39,986 nucleotides of DNA from an uncultured Planctomycetota bacterium (GTDB lineage: Bacteria; Planctomycetota; Planctomycetia; Pirellulales; Thermoguttaceae), in the NCBI GenBank assembly GCA_902797455.1, contig CADBTE010000237.1:1-39986 (forward strand), given 5' to 3'. Of this stretch, positions 7,328 to 16,799 are shown piece after piece (position 1 is the stretch's first letter; each line of letters starts with the position of its first letter). Position numbers and translations under genes: made by a program. The notes beneath the pieces were generated by a model. That model was given only the letters and a program-made list of their open reading frames with translations, ran no database searches and had not been told where the DNA came from.

Positions 7328-10300
7328 TTAAGGCCGCTGCCCAAACATCAAAAGGCCAAACGCGTGCTCGGTTCGATCGGAGTTTTCGACATTCCAGCAC
7401 TCGACACCGCGATCAGGGACAATCCTTCTCACCGCCAGCGCCCAGACATCAGTGCGGGTCGGCGCTATACGGGTGAGACTTTCCCAAGGAATCGCGATCT
7501 CCAGCGTCCAGCGCCCTTGATCCCCGCCTTGAGCAACAAAGCAGCGCGCGTCCCAGCCAAGACGGTTCCAGCACGAATCGGTCACGTCCCCGTCACGACT
7601 GAAGAGGAACCGATAGTACGTCGTGTAGTCTCGATCAAGGTCCAATTCTATCTCGACCCGATCCTTATCGTCAAGATTCGCGTCCCGGCGGCGCGGTCCC
7701 TGTGTTTTGGGCCCCGCGCCGGGGATATCGCTGCACTCCAGCGCGATATAGAGAAACTGGGCGTCATAGAGAAACGACACAAACGTTCCAAACTCGGTGG
7801 AAAGAGCATACTTCTCAGCCAGATCTTCCCGGTTCGCGTCCGGATCGGGAGCTGTCTTCTGCGGCCGGTCCGAAAGCGAGAAACGCTCGGCTTTCTCCCA
7901 AACCTCCGGTTCCAAGACACCGTCGAGAAAGGGACGTACCGAGGTGGTTCGACACGAGGCGATCGACAGCGGGCACAGACGGGACAGCTCGGATTCCTCC
8001 CCCGTTTGGGGAGACAGCAGCTGGAACTCGGCCTCGGCACGCGCTCCCCAAAGCCCCGATTTATCAACCATCGATCGATTCATAAAGTAACGAAGCGCGT
8101 CGTTATCGAACCCGCGAACCCGCTGAATCATCGCCAGAGGGAAACGAATCTCGGGATTCATGTAAAAATCGGGCTGGACCGAACGGATCAGTTTTCCCAG
8201 CTCGTCGGCATTCACATAGCGGGAATTCATCGCCGAGGTATCGACCGCCAGCGAGGAAGAGAGCGACTCGTTCCCTACGGTCCCCTCGCTGCTGGTGACG
8301 CGGTTCCCGTCGTTCGTTCTCCAGAACGGCTCCCGTCCCGAATAAAATTGGACGAGCCAGGTCAGGGCCCGGCGTGCCTGGGGCGATTCGGGCGCTAGGT
8401 TGGCCACCCGGGAGAAGACCTCTTCGGCTGAATCCCAATTTCCCGCGGCTGCCAGCGCCGATCCGACCTCGGTGAGGTACTCCACCGCCAGATCCGCGTC
8501 GAGCTGAAGCCGCTGCCGATCGACATCGGCCAGGAGCACCTCCACCGCGCGGGGGTCCCCGCCGGAAGCGAACCTTCCGACGATCCCCAAGGTCTTTCGG
8601 CGCAAGGCGCTGCGCTGACGCGGGTCGGTATCCTCACACACCAGGGGGACGGGTTCACTCCTGCGGGCCGCACCGCTGTAGGGGATATCCAGATGGTCGA
8701 ACATCGCGGCACACTCTTTCTCCCCCTGTCGATCGTACAGGACGCTCATGACCAGATCCGTACTCTTATCCACTGCGGTATTCGCCGCAGTTCCCTCCAC
8801 CAGCCAGCGCGCGGCCAGCGCCGCCTCACTCATCTCGCGGCCGATCGACGACACGAAGAACGAACCGCTCAGACGGATTCCCCCTTCCCCATCCTGAGTG
8901 ATCATCTCAACCCGCTGAACGGCCCAGGGAGACAACCCCGCCTCGGTTATTTGCTCGGGATAGGCCGTGGGGGACTGCGCCGCTAAAATCGCTCCGGGGA
9001 GTTCCCGTTCGATCAGGGATCGAGCGGCCTCGGTCTCGGGGCTTTTTAGCCCGCGGGCGTGCTGGGCCAGGAGCTGAACAACATCTCCCCCGCTTTGAAC
9101 CGCCTGTGAGGCCGGACGCGCCGGGGTGGAAATCACCAGCACTTCGGGACGCCAGACACGGATCAGACGAACCAATGATTCTCGGAATATCTCCAGACCG
9201 CGGTTATCCGACTCGGCATCGAGCGCGGCCAGCAGCGCTTCCACCGTTTGTGCCGTCGAGGGAACCGAAAAGCGTCCCGGTTCCGCGGTGGAGCTTCCCA
9301 GGGAATCGAGTACCGCCGCCCGCAGGCGATTGGGCTTGGAGATTTCGTCTTCCGACGACTCCTCCGGCCGGAAAACCAGCGCTGCCCCGCCGAGATACCC
9401 CTCCTGACCGGAGGGTTGAATGAACAGTTCGGGACGAAACGCCTCCGGTTCCGCCAGCAGAGCCAAAAAGGCCAGACGCCTCCCCCCCTCATGCTGAACC
9501 TGCCAGGTTTGCCCGCCGTCGCTGGTAGCGACGATCGTCCCTAAGTCCCCTCCCCCCCATCCGTGAAGGGAGTCGACAAAAAACAGAGTGCGGATCGGGA
9601 CGCTGACCCCGGTATCGAACCGCTGCCAGTTCCCTCCGCCATCGCCGCTGACCACCACCCGGCTCCCCGGGTTCCCCGCCAAAACAATGTGCCTGTCTCG
9701 CGCGCTGAGCGCGTAGAAATCGAATTGCCCGCTCGTCCCATCGGGGAGCTCGCCGGCCGGACGCCGCCATGAGCGCTGATCATCCGAACAGACAAGTACC
9801 ACCCCTCGATCACCGGCGGCCCAAAGCTCTCCGGTACTATCCTGGGTCACGGCGCGGATCGGGGTCTTTTCCAAACCGGGCACCGGCCAGACACGCCCCC
9901 CCGAGACGGTTTGAAGCGTGAGATTTTCTCCCGTGCCGATCACCTGATCGCCGGCGGCAAGCGTCTGTGCCGAACACCAGCCGCCATGCCGATTGCCGCG
10001 TGCCATCGGTTCCCAGCTGTGTCCCGCATCATGGCTGACGAACAGTCCCGACGGGTAGAGTTCCGAGGAATCACCGGCAATCATCCACTCGGTTTCACTG
10101 AGGATCTGAATCGAGCGCAGTATCGGGAATGACGCATGGGGGATCTCTTGCCAGGTCGCTCCCGCGTCAGCGGTCACGAGAATGATGCCGCAGCCGTTTT
10201 CTCCCCCGGCGATCACCCGCCCGCCAACGACGATCCCCCGCTGGGAATCGAGGAACCGAACGGCGTACAGTTCGTTATCGGTCGGAAGTTTCATCAGCAG

Positions 10301-10915
10301 CCATCGTTTTCCCCCATCGAAGGTGGTCCACAACGTCCCCCGGTCCCCCGCCGCCCAGCCGCGAAGCGGGGTAAGGAAGAAAATATCGTGAATTGTCGCG
10401 TCGTTCTGGTACCTCGGCAGCCCCCGGTACGACGGAAGGGGGGATGGGGGCAGGATCGCCGCCGGGGGTTCTTCCTCGGTCTCGACCCCATAGACCAGCG
10501 AAGCGTCGGGGCCGAGCGACTCGGTGAAATCGATCATCCGCTTCTCCCTTTCTAAAGGAGGAGCGCTTGGCTCGGCCGACAGTTCTTCACCGGCGGGGAC
10601 GTCAACCGCCGAGAAATCCTCCTCCCCGCTCGCTTCGATCAGAGTTTCTTCCTCGGCCTCCTCCCGGTTCATCGGCGCGGGACCGGCTGAATCGGAATTG
10701 CCGGGACGGATCTGATCGGCGAAGAGTTTCCACGGCTGTTCTCCCCAAACAGGCGCGAAGGACGCGGCGGCCAAAAACATCACCCCCGCGCAAACAAGCG
10801 CCGAAAAAAAGGCAAACACCCCCCGTGCGGGACAAGCGCGCCTAAACGCCTGCCTCACGTCATCATTCCCCGCGGGGGAAGCGAACACCTTTCGCGCCGG
10901 CAAATCGAGTTTCAT
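7328..10915 (-). CDS. Large membrane-anchored protein: BNR/Ycf48-like beta-propeller + TPR-like region + CBM9/DOMON-like C-terminal domain
   Basis: TM segment GVFAFFSALVCAGVMFLAAASF. Six BNR-type S/T-x-D-x-G-x-x-W motifs (TTFDGGKRW, TADAGATWQ, SHDAGHSWE, CSDDQRSWR, SGDGGGNWQ, TSDGGQTWQ) lie at about 9482-10393. The C-terminus (about 7331-7890) has DAQFLYIALEC...DRVEIELDLD...YYRF...WTLEIAIPWESL, resembling carbohydrate-binding family 9. Confidence 0.7.
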   Translation of the reverse strand: MKLDLPARKVFASPAGNDDVRQAFRRACPARGVFAFFSALVCAGVMFLAAASFAPVWGEQPWKLFADQIRPGNSDSAGPAPMNREEAEEETLIEASGEEDFSAVDVPAGEELSAEPSAPPLEREKRMIDFTESLGPDASLVYGVETEEEPPAAILPPSPLPSYRGLPRYQNDATIHDIFFLTPLRGWAAGDRGTLWTTFDGGKRWLLMKLPTDNELYAVRFLDSQRGIVVGGRVIAGGENGCGIILVTADAGATWQEIPHASFPILRSIQILSETEWMIAGDSSELYPSGLFVSHDAGHSWEPMARGNRHGGWCSAQTLAAGDQVIGTGENLTLQTVSGGRVWPVPGLEKTPIRAVTQDSTGELWAAGDRGVVLVCSDDQRSWRRPAGELPDGTSGQFDFYALSARDRHIVLAGNPGSRVVVSGDGGGNWQRFDTGVSVPIRTLFFVDSLHGWGGGDLGTIVATSDGGQTWQVQHEGGRRLAFLALLAEPEAFRPELFIQPSGQEGYLGGAALVFRPEESSEDEISKPNRLRAAVLDSLGSSTAEPGRFSVPSTAQTVEALLAALDAESDNRGLEIFRESLVRLIRVWRPEVLVISTPARPASQAVQSGGDVVQLLAQHARGLKSPETEAARSLIERELPGAILAAQSPTAYPEQITEAGLSPWAVQRVEMITQDGEGGIRLSGSFFVSSIGREMSEAALAARWLVEGTAANTAVDKSTDLVMSVLYDRQGEKECAAMFDHLDIPYSGAARRSEPVPLVCEDTDPRQRSALRRKTLGIVGRFASGGDPRAVEVLLADVDRQRLQLDADLAVEYLTEVGSALAAAGNWDSAEEVFSRVANLAPESPQARRALTWLVQFYSGREPFWRTNDGNRVTSSEGTVGNESLSSSLAVDTSAMNSRYVNADELGKLIRSVQPDFYMNPEIRFPLAMIQRVRGFDNDALRYFMNRSMVDKSGLWGARAEAEFQLLSPQTGEESELSRLCPLSIASCRTTSVRPFLDGVLEPEVWEKAERFSLSDRPQKTAPDPDANREDLAEKYALSTEFGTFVSFLYDAQFLYIALECSDIPGAGPKTQGPRRRDANLDDKDRVEIELDLDRDYTTYYRFLFSRDGDVTDSCWNRLGWDARCFVAQGGDQGRWTLEIAIPWESLTRIAPTRTDVWALAVRRIVPDRGVECWNVENSDRTEHAFGLLMFGQRP

Positions 10916-11098
10916 AGCTGCCGGTTACCGTACCGATTTTTAAGCGCGAAGACAAGGGGAAAAACCGTTTTGAGGAGGGAAAAGATCATCGCGGCCGCGG
11001 GGGACAGTGCCTTGAAACAAACCAAGAACGACACTTTCCCCCGCCGGCTTTTTTCGTCTGCCGCTGCGCCAGGGCCCGCTTTGGGTACACAGCCAAGA

Positions 11099-11869
11099 TT
11101 ACCGGGAGGCCTTCCCGCTCACCCAATCGAGCCCGCGGTAGAAGATCTCACGGTAACGCGGATCGTTGAACGCCCCCTTATCATGGCCTTGAATCAAGAC
11201 AAAGACCGGGCTGTTCTTATACTGACGCGTCCAGCAGATCGGCTCCGAAGAATCGGGATGGTCGGTCCGGATCAACACATGATTCCCCTCCGGAGCAAGC
11301 CAAAGATCCCCAAAAACCTCGTCGGTGAGGGTAAAATCCTTCAGCCCCTGGGTAATCGGGTGGTCATGATCGACGACGATAAAGTTCACGTCCGCCGGCT
11401 GAATGTAACTCGACGCGGGGTAGGTCGTCCCATCAATCTCCATCGGGGCGGTCAGATACGCCGTTCCATAAACTTCGCGAAACAGAGGGAAGTCATTGTG
11501 CGAAATCAGCGCGTGATGGAGCATCACCGTCGGTACCCCTTCTTCCCACATCGCGGCGAGTTTCTCTTTTTGCGCGTCGGTCAGTTCGAAGGAGGACTGA
11601 TCGTGGAATACCAGTACGTCGTACCGCTGCGAGATCCCGGCGTCGAGCTGATCTTCCCCCTCGGGGAGCACCAGCTCGTCCATTTCGGTGTTGGGATGAT
11701 CGAGGATCATCTTATGGAGACCCTCTTGGTCGTACCAGTGCCCGCCGGTCACCAGCAGCACGCGCAGCGGTGAGCCGTCTTCAGCGGCCCGAACATCAAC
11801 CGAAAACGCGATCGAAACGGCGGCCAAAAACGTCAGAACAAAAAAAACGGGACGAATCAGTTTCATCAT
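11099..11869 (-). CDS. Secreted ThuA-like (trehalose-utilisation / class-I glutamine amidotransferase-like) protein
   Basis: Signal-like N-terminus MMKLIRPVFFVLTFLAAVSIAF. LRVLLVTGGHWYDQ, MLHHALIS and PICWTRQYKNSPVFVLIQGHDKGAFNDPRYREIFYRGLDWVSG match the ThuA domain pattern. ATG at 11869. Confidence 0.8.
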   Translation of the reverse strand: MMKLIRPVFFVLTFLAAVSIAFSVDVRAAEDGSPLRVLLVTGGHWYDQEGLHKMILDHPNTEMDELVLPEGEDQLDAGISQRYDVLVFHDQSSFELTDAQKEKLAAMWEEGVPTVMLHHALISHNDFPLFREVYGTAYLTAPMEIDGTTYPASSYIQPADVNFIVVDHDHPITQGLKDFTLTDEVFGDLWLAPEGNHVLIRTDHPDSSEPICWTRQYKNSPVFVLIQGHDKGAFNDPRYREIFYRGLDWVSGKASR

Positions 11870-11946
11870 CGGTAAATCCTTATCTCCCAGATACGCGTCA
11901 GACCCGCACGGCAATACCCAAAAATGCCGGCGAGCTAAAGATATGG

Positions 11947-11975
11947 TGGCGCGAAAAGCGCCGACCCCCTATAAT
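11947..11975 (+). promoter_or_regulatory. Candidate promoter for the AddB-like nuclease gene
   Basis: Perfect TATAAT at 11970-11975 in a GC-rich intergenic region, 70 nt upstream of ATG 12045. The -35 is poor and is occupied by the palindrome GGCGC-gaaaa-GCGCC (11948-11962). Confidence 0.3.
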
Positions 11976-12044
11976 TGTATCCGAGGATCGATAGAAAATC
12001 CAACGGTCAAAATACCCAAACGATCAGTTTCTTCCCGAGCGCCG

Positions 12045-15000
12045 ATGAAATTTTTTCTCTCCCCCAATGACGGGCCTTTTCTCAAGGGAATCGCCAAGTT
12101 TTTCTCTCAACCGGAAAACCGGCGGTTCAATCACCGCGCAGTCCACGTGATTGTCCCCAATTCCAGGGCGAAAGATCTCCTCGGCGGCCTCTTTAAAAGC
12201 GCGGGCGTCAACTGTTGGGTCAATGACCTAAGCACCTTCACCGACTGGCTTTACCAGCCGCACAAAAAACTGGCCGATCCGTTCACGGAGCTGCTCACCT
12301 GGGGGAAGGTTCTTCAGCAAATGGAATCGGCCAATCCGATCCGCCGGGAACTCTTTAGGGACAAGCCCCCCAAATTCCGAAGCCGGCTCGATCTGGCCGA
12401 ACGCATCACCCTCCTTCGCGTCGAACTGGCCGATGAGGGGCACAGCTTCGATACGGTCGCCCAGCTGCCGATTTTGACGTCGGAAGAAAAAGCACGATGG
12501 GAGGCCCTCTCTCGGCTCGAGAAAGAGTACCTGCGCGCTTTGTCCGACACATCCCTCGCCGACCGTGCCGAGGAGCGCCGCCGTATCCTTGCCGGCGTCC
12601 TGCCCCCGGGGAATGTCACACTCTTCTTAGCCGGCATTTTATACCTTCCGTCCATTCATAAAAAGCGTCTCGATCAGTTCGTTCAGGCCTCCCCAAACTC
12701 GGTAAACTGCCTTCTGTTTGCCGACCCACCGCAAGAAGACCGCTTCGATTCGTACGGAACGCTCATTCCGGAACGCTGGACCGATCTGGCCTTTCATATC
12801 CCGGAGGGGCAAATCGTTCAGCTGCCGAGCGTTGTGGAAGAGGGGGAATCATGCGCGCGCTGTTTGGAAACACACGATCTTGACGACACCGCCATCGTGA
12901 TGGTCTCGCGGGAATCGTACCCGTTCCTGGTCTCGGAATCGCGAAAGCTCGGTCTTACCTTCCCTCCCGCGCCGGAGGAGCCCCTAACCGCCAATCGTCT
13001 CATCCGACTTCTTCTGGACATCGCCCGTTTCCTCGAGCAGCGCCGCTATGACTGTTTCGCTGACCTCATTCGGCATCCCGATCTCGACGCGTGGTTTCTT
13101 CGCGAGGTTCCCGAGATTTCCTCCCGCGACTGGATCTCGGCATTGGATCAGCTTCACGAAAAATACCTCCCCGACCAAATCAAAACCGGGCTGGGAACCT
13201 ACAGCATCAACAACCCCGGCGATGAGGAAGACGACCGACGAAAGAATCTGCGGGAAAACCGCGAGGCGCTGTTTCGCCTATGTGATCTTCTCGACACCCT
13301 ATTGGCACCGTTTTACCGCGACAAAGATCCTGCCGAGCCGCACCGCGGCGGCGGTATCTTCCCGGCTGAGCGCCGACCGGCCGAGTGGGGAGAGATTATC
13401 CGCGCCATAGCCGGGACCATCTACCCTGCTGCAGCCGATATTCTGGCGGAAACGGCCGGCGGCAGCGCGGCAGATATTTCGACCGACGAAACAACGCTCG
13501 GCGGCGAAACCGCCGAGCCCGTTCCAACCGTGGAAGAAGAAACCGCGGACACAACAGACAGTCCGTCGGAAAAACAGATCAAAATGGGAGCCAGCGTCCT
13601 GAAATCATTCCTGGATAAGCTGGGCGGACTGCCAACGATTTTGGACAAGCCGATTCTTGCGGTGGAGTTCTTCGCTGTTTTGCATAAATACTGCGCCGCG
13701 CGGCGTGAAGCGGCCCCCGCGGAGGAGTTCCCGGTCCCGATCCTCACCTGGAACGACGCCCGGTTCGAAACTCGTCCTCACCTGATTCTCACCGGAATGA
13801 CCGACGACCACCTTCCTCAAGTTCCCGGCGCCGGATTGTTCCTCAGCGAAACGCTGCGCCGAGAGCTTCGGCTGGTGACCGCCAATGATCACGCCGTTTA
13901 CGACGCCGTCCGCTTCGACGCGGTCCTCCGTTCCCACAAGAGCGTCACCATACTCTTCCCCTGTGAAGCGATCGACGGATCCCCCGCCAGACCGTGTCGA
14001 TTTCTCCTCATGACCGGACAGGTCACCGACTCGGCCAAACGAATTCTGCGCTTTTTCTCGAAGACCGACGATCTGACCGCCGGTGGCGAGGAACTCCAGT
14101 CCGACCAGGCGGAAGAGGGGTTCCGGCCGCCGATCCTCACCTTCACCGGCGACCCGCCGTCCCATTTTTCCCCATCCTCGTTTAAGACCTTCTTCGAGTC
14201 CCCGTACATCTGGTTTCTCCAGCAGGGACTCAAACTCGAGGCACTGACCGACCGCGCCGTGGAACTGGGCCCCGATAAGTTCGGGAGCGTGGTCCACGAT
14301 ATGCTCCGCCGCTTCGGGGAAGATACGGCCGCGCGCGAATCAACCGACGAACGACAGATTACCGCGTTTCTCGATCATTGCCTCGACCAAAAGCTCCGCC
14401 GTGACCAGGCCGGTTTCGCCGGCCGAATCCCACGCCTCCAGCTCGAACAGGCCCGAGAACGCCTGCACGATTTTGCCCGGTGGCAGGCACAGTGGCGTGA
14501 GCGCGGAAACAGGATAATCGATGTCGAGACCTCGGTTCCTCACCACGATCCTTGTCTTCTGACGGTCGACGGGGGCGATGTCAAAATCACTGGACAGATC
14601 GACCGAATCGACTACTGCCCACAGACAGGGGAACTTTTTGTCTTCGACTACAAGACCTTCAATTCATGCGCCGAAGGGAAAGGTCCCGACGCAGACAACC
14701 CGCTGCTCAACCGTCGGAAGAAAAACGAGATCGACAAACGTTACTGGAAAGAGCTCCCCTACCCGCCTTACAGAATCGGGACGCTGGCCCCAACACCTCT
14801 AGACAACGGAAAATGGCGCCACTGGATCGATTTGCAGCTGGTTCTCTACCGGCCGCTGGCCGAGAAGATCCTCGCACGGAAGAACTTCGGCCAACCTGTC
14901 AGCAAGATCACCTGCGGCTACATCATCCTCCCCAAAAAACGTCTCTGCAAAGCGTTCGCGGCCGACTGGTCGAAAGACGATCTCGATGAGGCGTTTCAGA

Positions 15001-15158
15001 CCTTCGAATGGGTCATTCGGACCATTCGCGCGCACTGGAGGCTCGGTGTCGATCCATCCTCTTTGATCGACCCGAGCGTCCCCGAGCGGGGGACGATGCT
15101 CGACCATAAGGCGGGTAGGTTTTACACCGACTTCGCGCCGATCACCGGACTGTACTAA
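12045..15158 (+). CDS. AddB-like PD-(D/E)XK nuclease family protein with an inactive-helicase-like N-terminal region
   Basis: The C-terminal nuclease motif GQIDRIDYCPQTGELFVFDYKT (D...D/E-x-K) is as in RecB/AddB nuclease domains. The N-terminus HVIVPNSRAKDLL resembles the AddB N-terminus. I saw no G-x-x-x-x-GK[ST] Walker A anywhere. There is an acidic low-complexity insert (TDETTLGGETAEPVPTVEEETADTTDSPSE). ATG 12045 chosen over ATG 11943. Confidence 0.7.
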   Translation: MKFFLSPNDGPFLKGIAKFFSQPENRRFNHRAVHVIVPNSRAKDLLGGLFKSAGVNCWVNDLSTFTDWLYQPHKKLADPFTELLTWGKVLQQMESANPIRRELFRDKPPKFRSRLDLAERITLLRVELADEGHSFDTVAQLPILTSEEKARWEALSRLEKEYLRALSDTSLADRAEERRRILAGVLPPGNVTLFLAGILYLPSIHKKRLDQFVQASPNSVNCLLFADPPQEDRFDSYGTLIPERWTDLAFHIPEGQIVQLPSVVEEGESCARCLETHDLDDTAIVMVSRESYPFLVSESRKLGLTFPPAPEEPLTANRLIRLLLDIARFLEQRRYDCFADLIRHPDLDAWFLREVPEISSRDWISALDQLHEKYLPDQIKTGLGTYSINNPGDEEDDRRKNLRENREALFRLCDLLDTLLAPFYRDKDPAEPHRGGGIFPAERRPAEWGEIIRAIAGTIYPAAADILAETAGGSAADISTDETTLGGETAEPVPTVEEETADTTDSPSEKQIKMGASVLKSFLDKLGGLPTILDKPILAVEFFAVLHKYCAARREAAPAEEFPVPILTWNDARFETRPHLILTGMTDDHLPQVPGAGLFLSETLRRELRLVTANDHAVYDAVRFDAVLRSHKSVTILFPCEAIDGSPARPCRFLLMTGQVTDSAKRILRFFSKTDDLTAGGEELQSDQAEEGFRPPILTFTGDPPSHFSPSSFKTFFESPYIWFLQQGLKLEALTDRAVELGPDKFGSVVHDMLRRFGEDTAARESTDERQITAFLDHCLDQKLRRDQAGFAGRIPRLQLEQARERLHDFARWQAQWRERGNRIIDVETSVPHHDPCLLTVDGGDVKITGQIDRIDYCPQTGELFVFDYKTFNSCAEGKGPDADNPLLNRRKKNEIDKRYWKELPYPPYRIGTLAPTPLDNGKWRHWIDLQLVLYRPLAEKILARKNFGQPVSKITCGYIILPKKRLCKAFAADWSKDDLDEAFQTFEWVIRTIRAHWRLGVDPSSLIDPSVPERGTMLDHKAGRFYTDFAPITGLY

Positions 15159-16609
15159 TAATCTCCCGACGAGTACGCACCAAAATCTTCCGTCGGGCCG
15201 TACTCCTCGTCGCCTCCTGGGGCATAATTAGCAAACAGCGCAAATTCGGGAAGCCAGGTAAGACGAACGTCGCCAACCGGCCCGTTTCGCTGTTTCGCGA
15301 CGATGACCAGCGCCTCGTGATCGGACTGCCGATCATCGGCCTCTTCGGCAGTCTGGTAATAGCTGTCGCGGTGGACAAACATCACCACATCGGCGTCCTG
15401 CTCAATAGCCCCCGACTCGCGCAGGTGCGACAGCCTCGGGCGGTTATCTTTGGCCTGCTCGGTCATTCGGTTGAGCTGCGCCAGACAGAGGACCGGGATT
15501 TGAAGTTCACGCGCCAGACCTTTAAGCCGCCTGGCCGTCTTGGCGACCTGCTCCTGACGCGGATCCTGATCGTTATCGGGAGAAATCAGACCCAGGTAGT
15601 CGATCACCAGCATAGCCAGTCCCTGTTCGCTTTTGCGCTTGAGCCGGCGGGCGACCGCGGCGATCTCGGTCACGGTACGGGAGGGTGTATCGTCGATAAA
15701 CAGGGGGGCCTGACTCAATTCAGAGGCGGCTTTCGCCAAGGATTGCTGATCTTTGTTCGTAAGGAATCCCCCCCGCATACGCTCTCCACCGATCTTTCCG
15801 CGGGAACACAGCAGACGCTGACCGAGCTCCACACGTCCCATTTCGAGCGAGACGAAAAGAACCGGCTGTCGACTGTTCACGGCGACGTGGTCGGCGATAT
15901 TCAGCGCCAGAGCCGTCTTCCCCATACTCGGACGCGCCGCCAAAATGATGAGCTCGGAGTTGTGAAACCCATAGAGCATTTTATCGAGATCGCCAAACCC
16001 GGTCTGCACCCCCTCTGTCCCGTTTTCGCTGCGCCGATCGATCATCCGGAGAGTCTCCTGCATCACCTCGTCCATCTTCTGAACATAATTGGAATCGCGC
16101 CCGTCGCCAATGGCGAAAAACTTCTGTTCAGCCCTGTTCATCAGTTCCTGAGACGAGCTTCCCGGCTCATAGCCATCCTCGAGCACTTCGGAGGCGGCGA
16201 TGATGATATCGCGGCGGATCGCCTTCTCGCGCACGATCATCGCGTAATGCCTCGCGTGCGCCACCACTTGAACCGAACTCATCACCTCGGCCAAATAGGC
16301 CTCGCTGCCGATTTCCTCCAGTTCACCCGCTTCGCGGAGCCGCTCTACCAAGAGGGTCAGGTCGATCCCCCGCATCGACGCGTTCATATCGAGGAGGTTT
16401 CGATAGATGATCCGATTGGCAGGGACGAAGAAATCGTCCGGGCGGACAATGACCGCCACCTCATCACAGACTTCGGGCTCGAGGAGAATCGCCCCCACCA
16501 CACCCTGTTCGGCTTCTTGACTGTACGGCAGCGGCCGATCGAGAATCGGTATAGGCAGCTCTTTAGTCATTCCCTTCCTCGCACGTTTCGAGGGACCACT
16601 ATCGGCCAT
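15155..16609 (-). CDS. dnaB: Replicative DNA helicase DnaB
   Basis: LPYSQEAEQGVVGAILLEP (DnaB N-terminal domain), Walker A ARPSMGKTALALN, VIDYLGLI, LAQLNR and IEQDADVVMFVHRD. ATG 16609 chosen. No intein-sized insertion. Confidence 0.93.
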   Translation of the reverse strand: MADSGPSKRARKGMTKELPIPILDRPLPYSQEAEQGVVGAILLEPEVCDEVAVIVRPDDFFVPANRIIYRNLLDMNASMRGIDLTLLVERLREAGELEEIGSEAYLAEVMSSVQVVAHARHYAMIVREKAIRRDIIIAASEVLEDGYEPGSSSQELMNRAEQKFFAIGDGRDSNYVQKMDEVMQETLRMIDRRSENGTEGVQTGFGDLDKMLYGFHNSELIILAARPSMGKTALALNIADHVAVNSRQPVLFVSLEMGRVELGQRLLCSRGKIGGERMRGGFLTNKDQQSLAKAASELSQAPLFIDDTPSRTVTEIAAVARRLKRKSEQGLAMLVIDYLGLISPDNDQDPRQEQVAKTARRLKGLARELQIPVLCLAQLNRMTEQAKDNRPRLSHLRESGAIEQDADVVMFVHRDSYYQTAEEADDRQSDHEALVIVAKQRNGPVGDVRLTWLPEFALFANYAPGGDEEYGPTEDFGAYSSGDY

Positions 16610-16662
16610 AGACGCACTCCTTGCATAAAAACGATTGATGGTGAACTTACAAGGGCCTTTGA

Positions 16663-16671
16663 TTATCCACA
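16663..16671 (+). promoter_or_regulatory. Perfect consensus DnaA box (TTATCCACA) upstream of dnaB
   Basis: An exact 9-mer TTATCCACA lies in the dnaB / ABC-ATPase divergent intergenic region, 54 nt upstream of the dnaB ATG. It is a single copy, so chance cannot be excluded. Confidence 0.35.
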
Positions 16672-16732
16672 CCGCCAAACACAGCGCAAGGGCCCCGGCC
16701 AAAAAATTCCCCGAGGAGTCCCTCTTAACCCG

Positions 16733-16760
16733 TTGCCGAGGCGGAAAAAAAGGGAATAAT
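16733..16760 (+). promoter_or_regulatory. Candidate promoter for the ABC ATPase gene
   Basis: TTGCCG (16733-16738), a 16-nt spacer, then AATAAT (16755-16760). AAGGAA Shine-Dalgarno lies about 9 nt before ATG 16800. Confidence 0.3.
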
Positions 16761-16799
16761 TACAACAGAGAAAATTTTCCCACCCAAGGAACCGACCCA

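Noticed and set aside
7364-11773. Plus-strand ORFs 7364-8398 (344 aa) and 10970-11773 (267 aa), and many ORFs of 60-140 aa
   Set aside because: They are antisense or out-of-frame overlaps of the 1195-aa gene and the ThuA-like gene, with Arg/Pro/Gly-rich shadow composition.
15155-16609. Intein or mobile insertion in dnaB
   Set aside because: The length (about 484 aa) and the uninterrupted motif order are those of an ordinary DnaB. The only extras are short N- and C-terminal tails.
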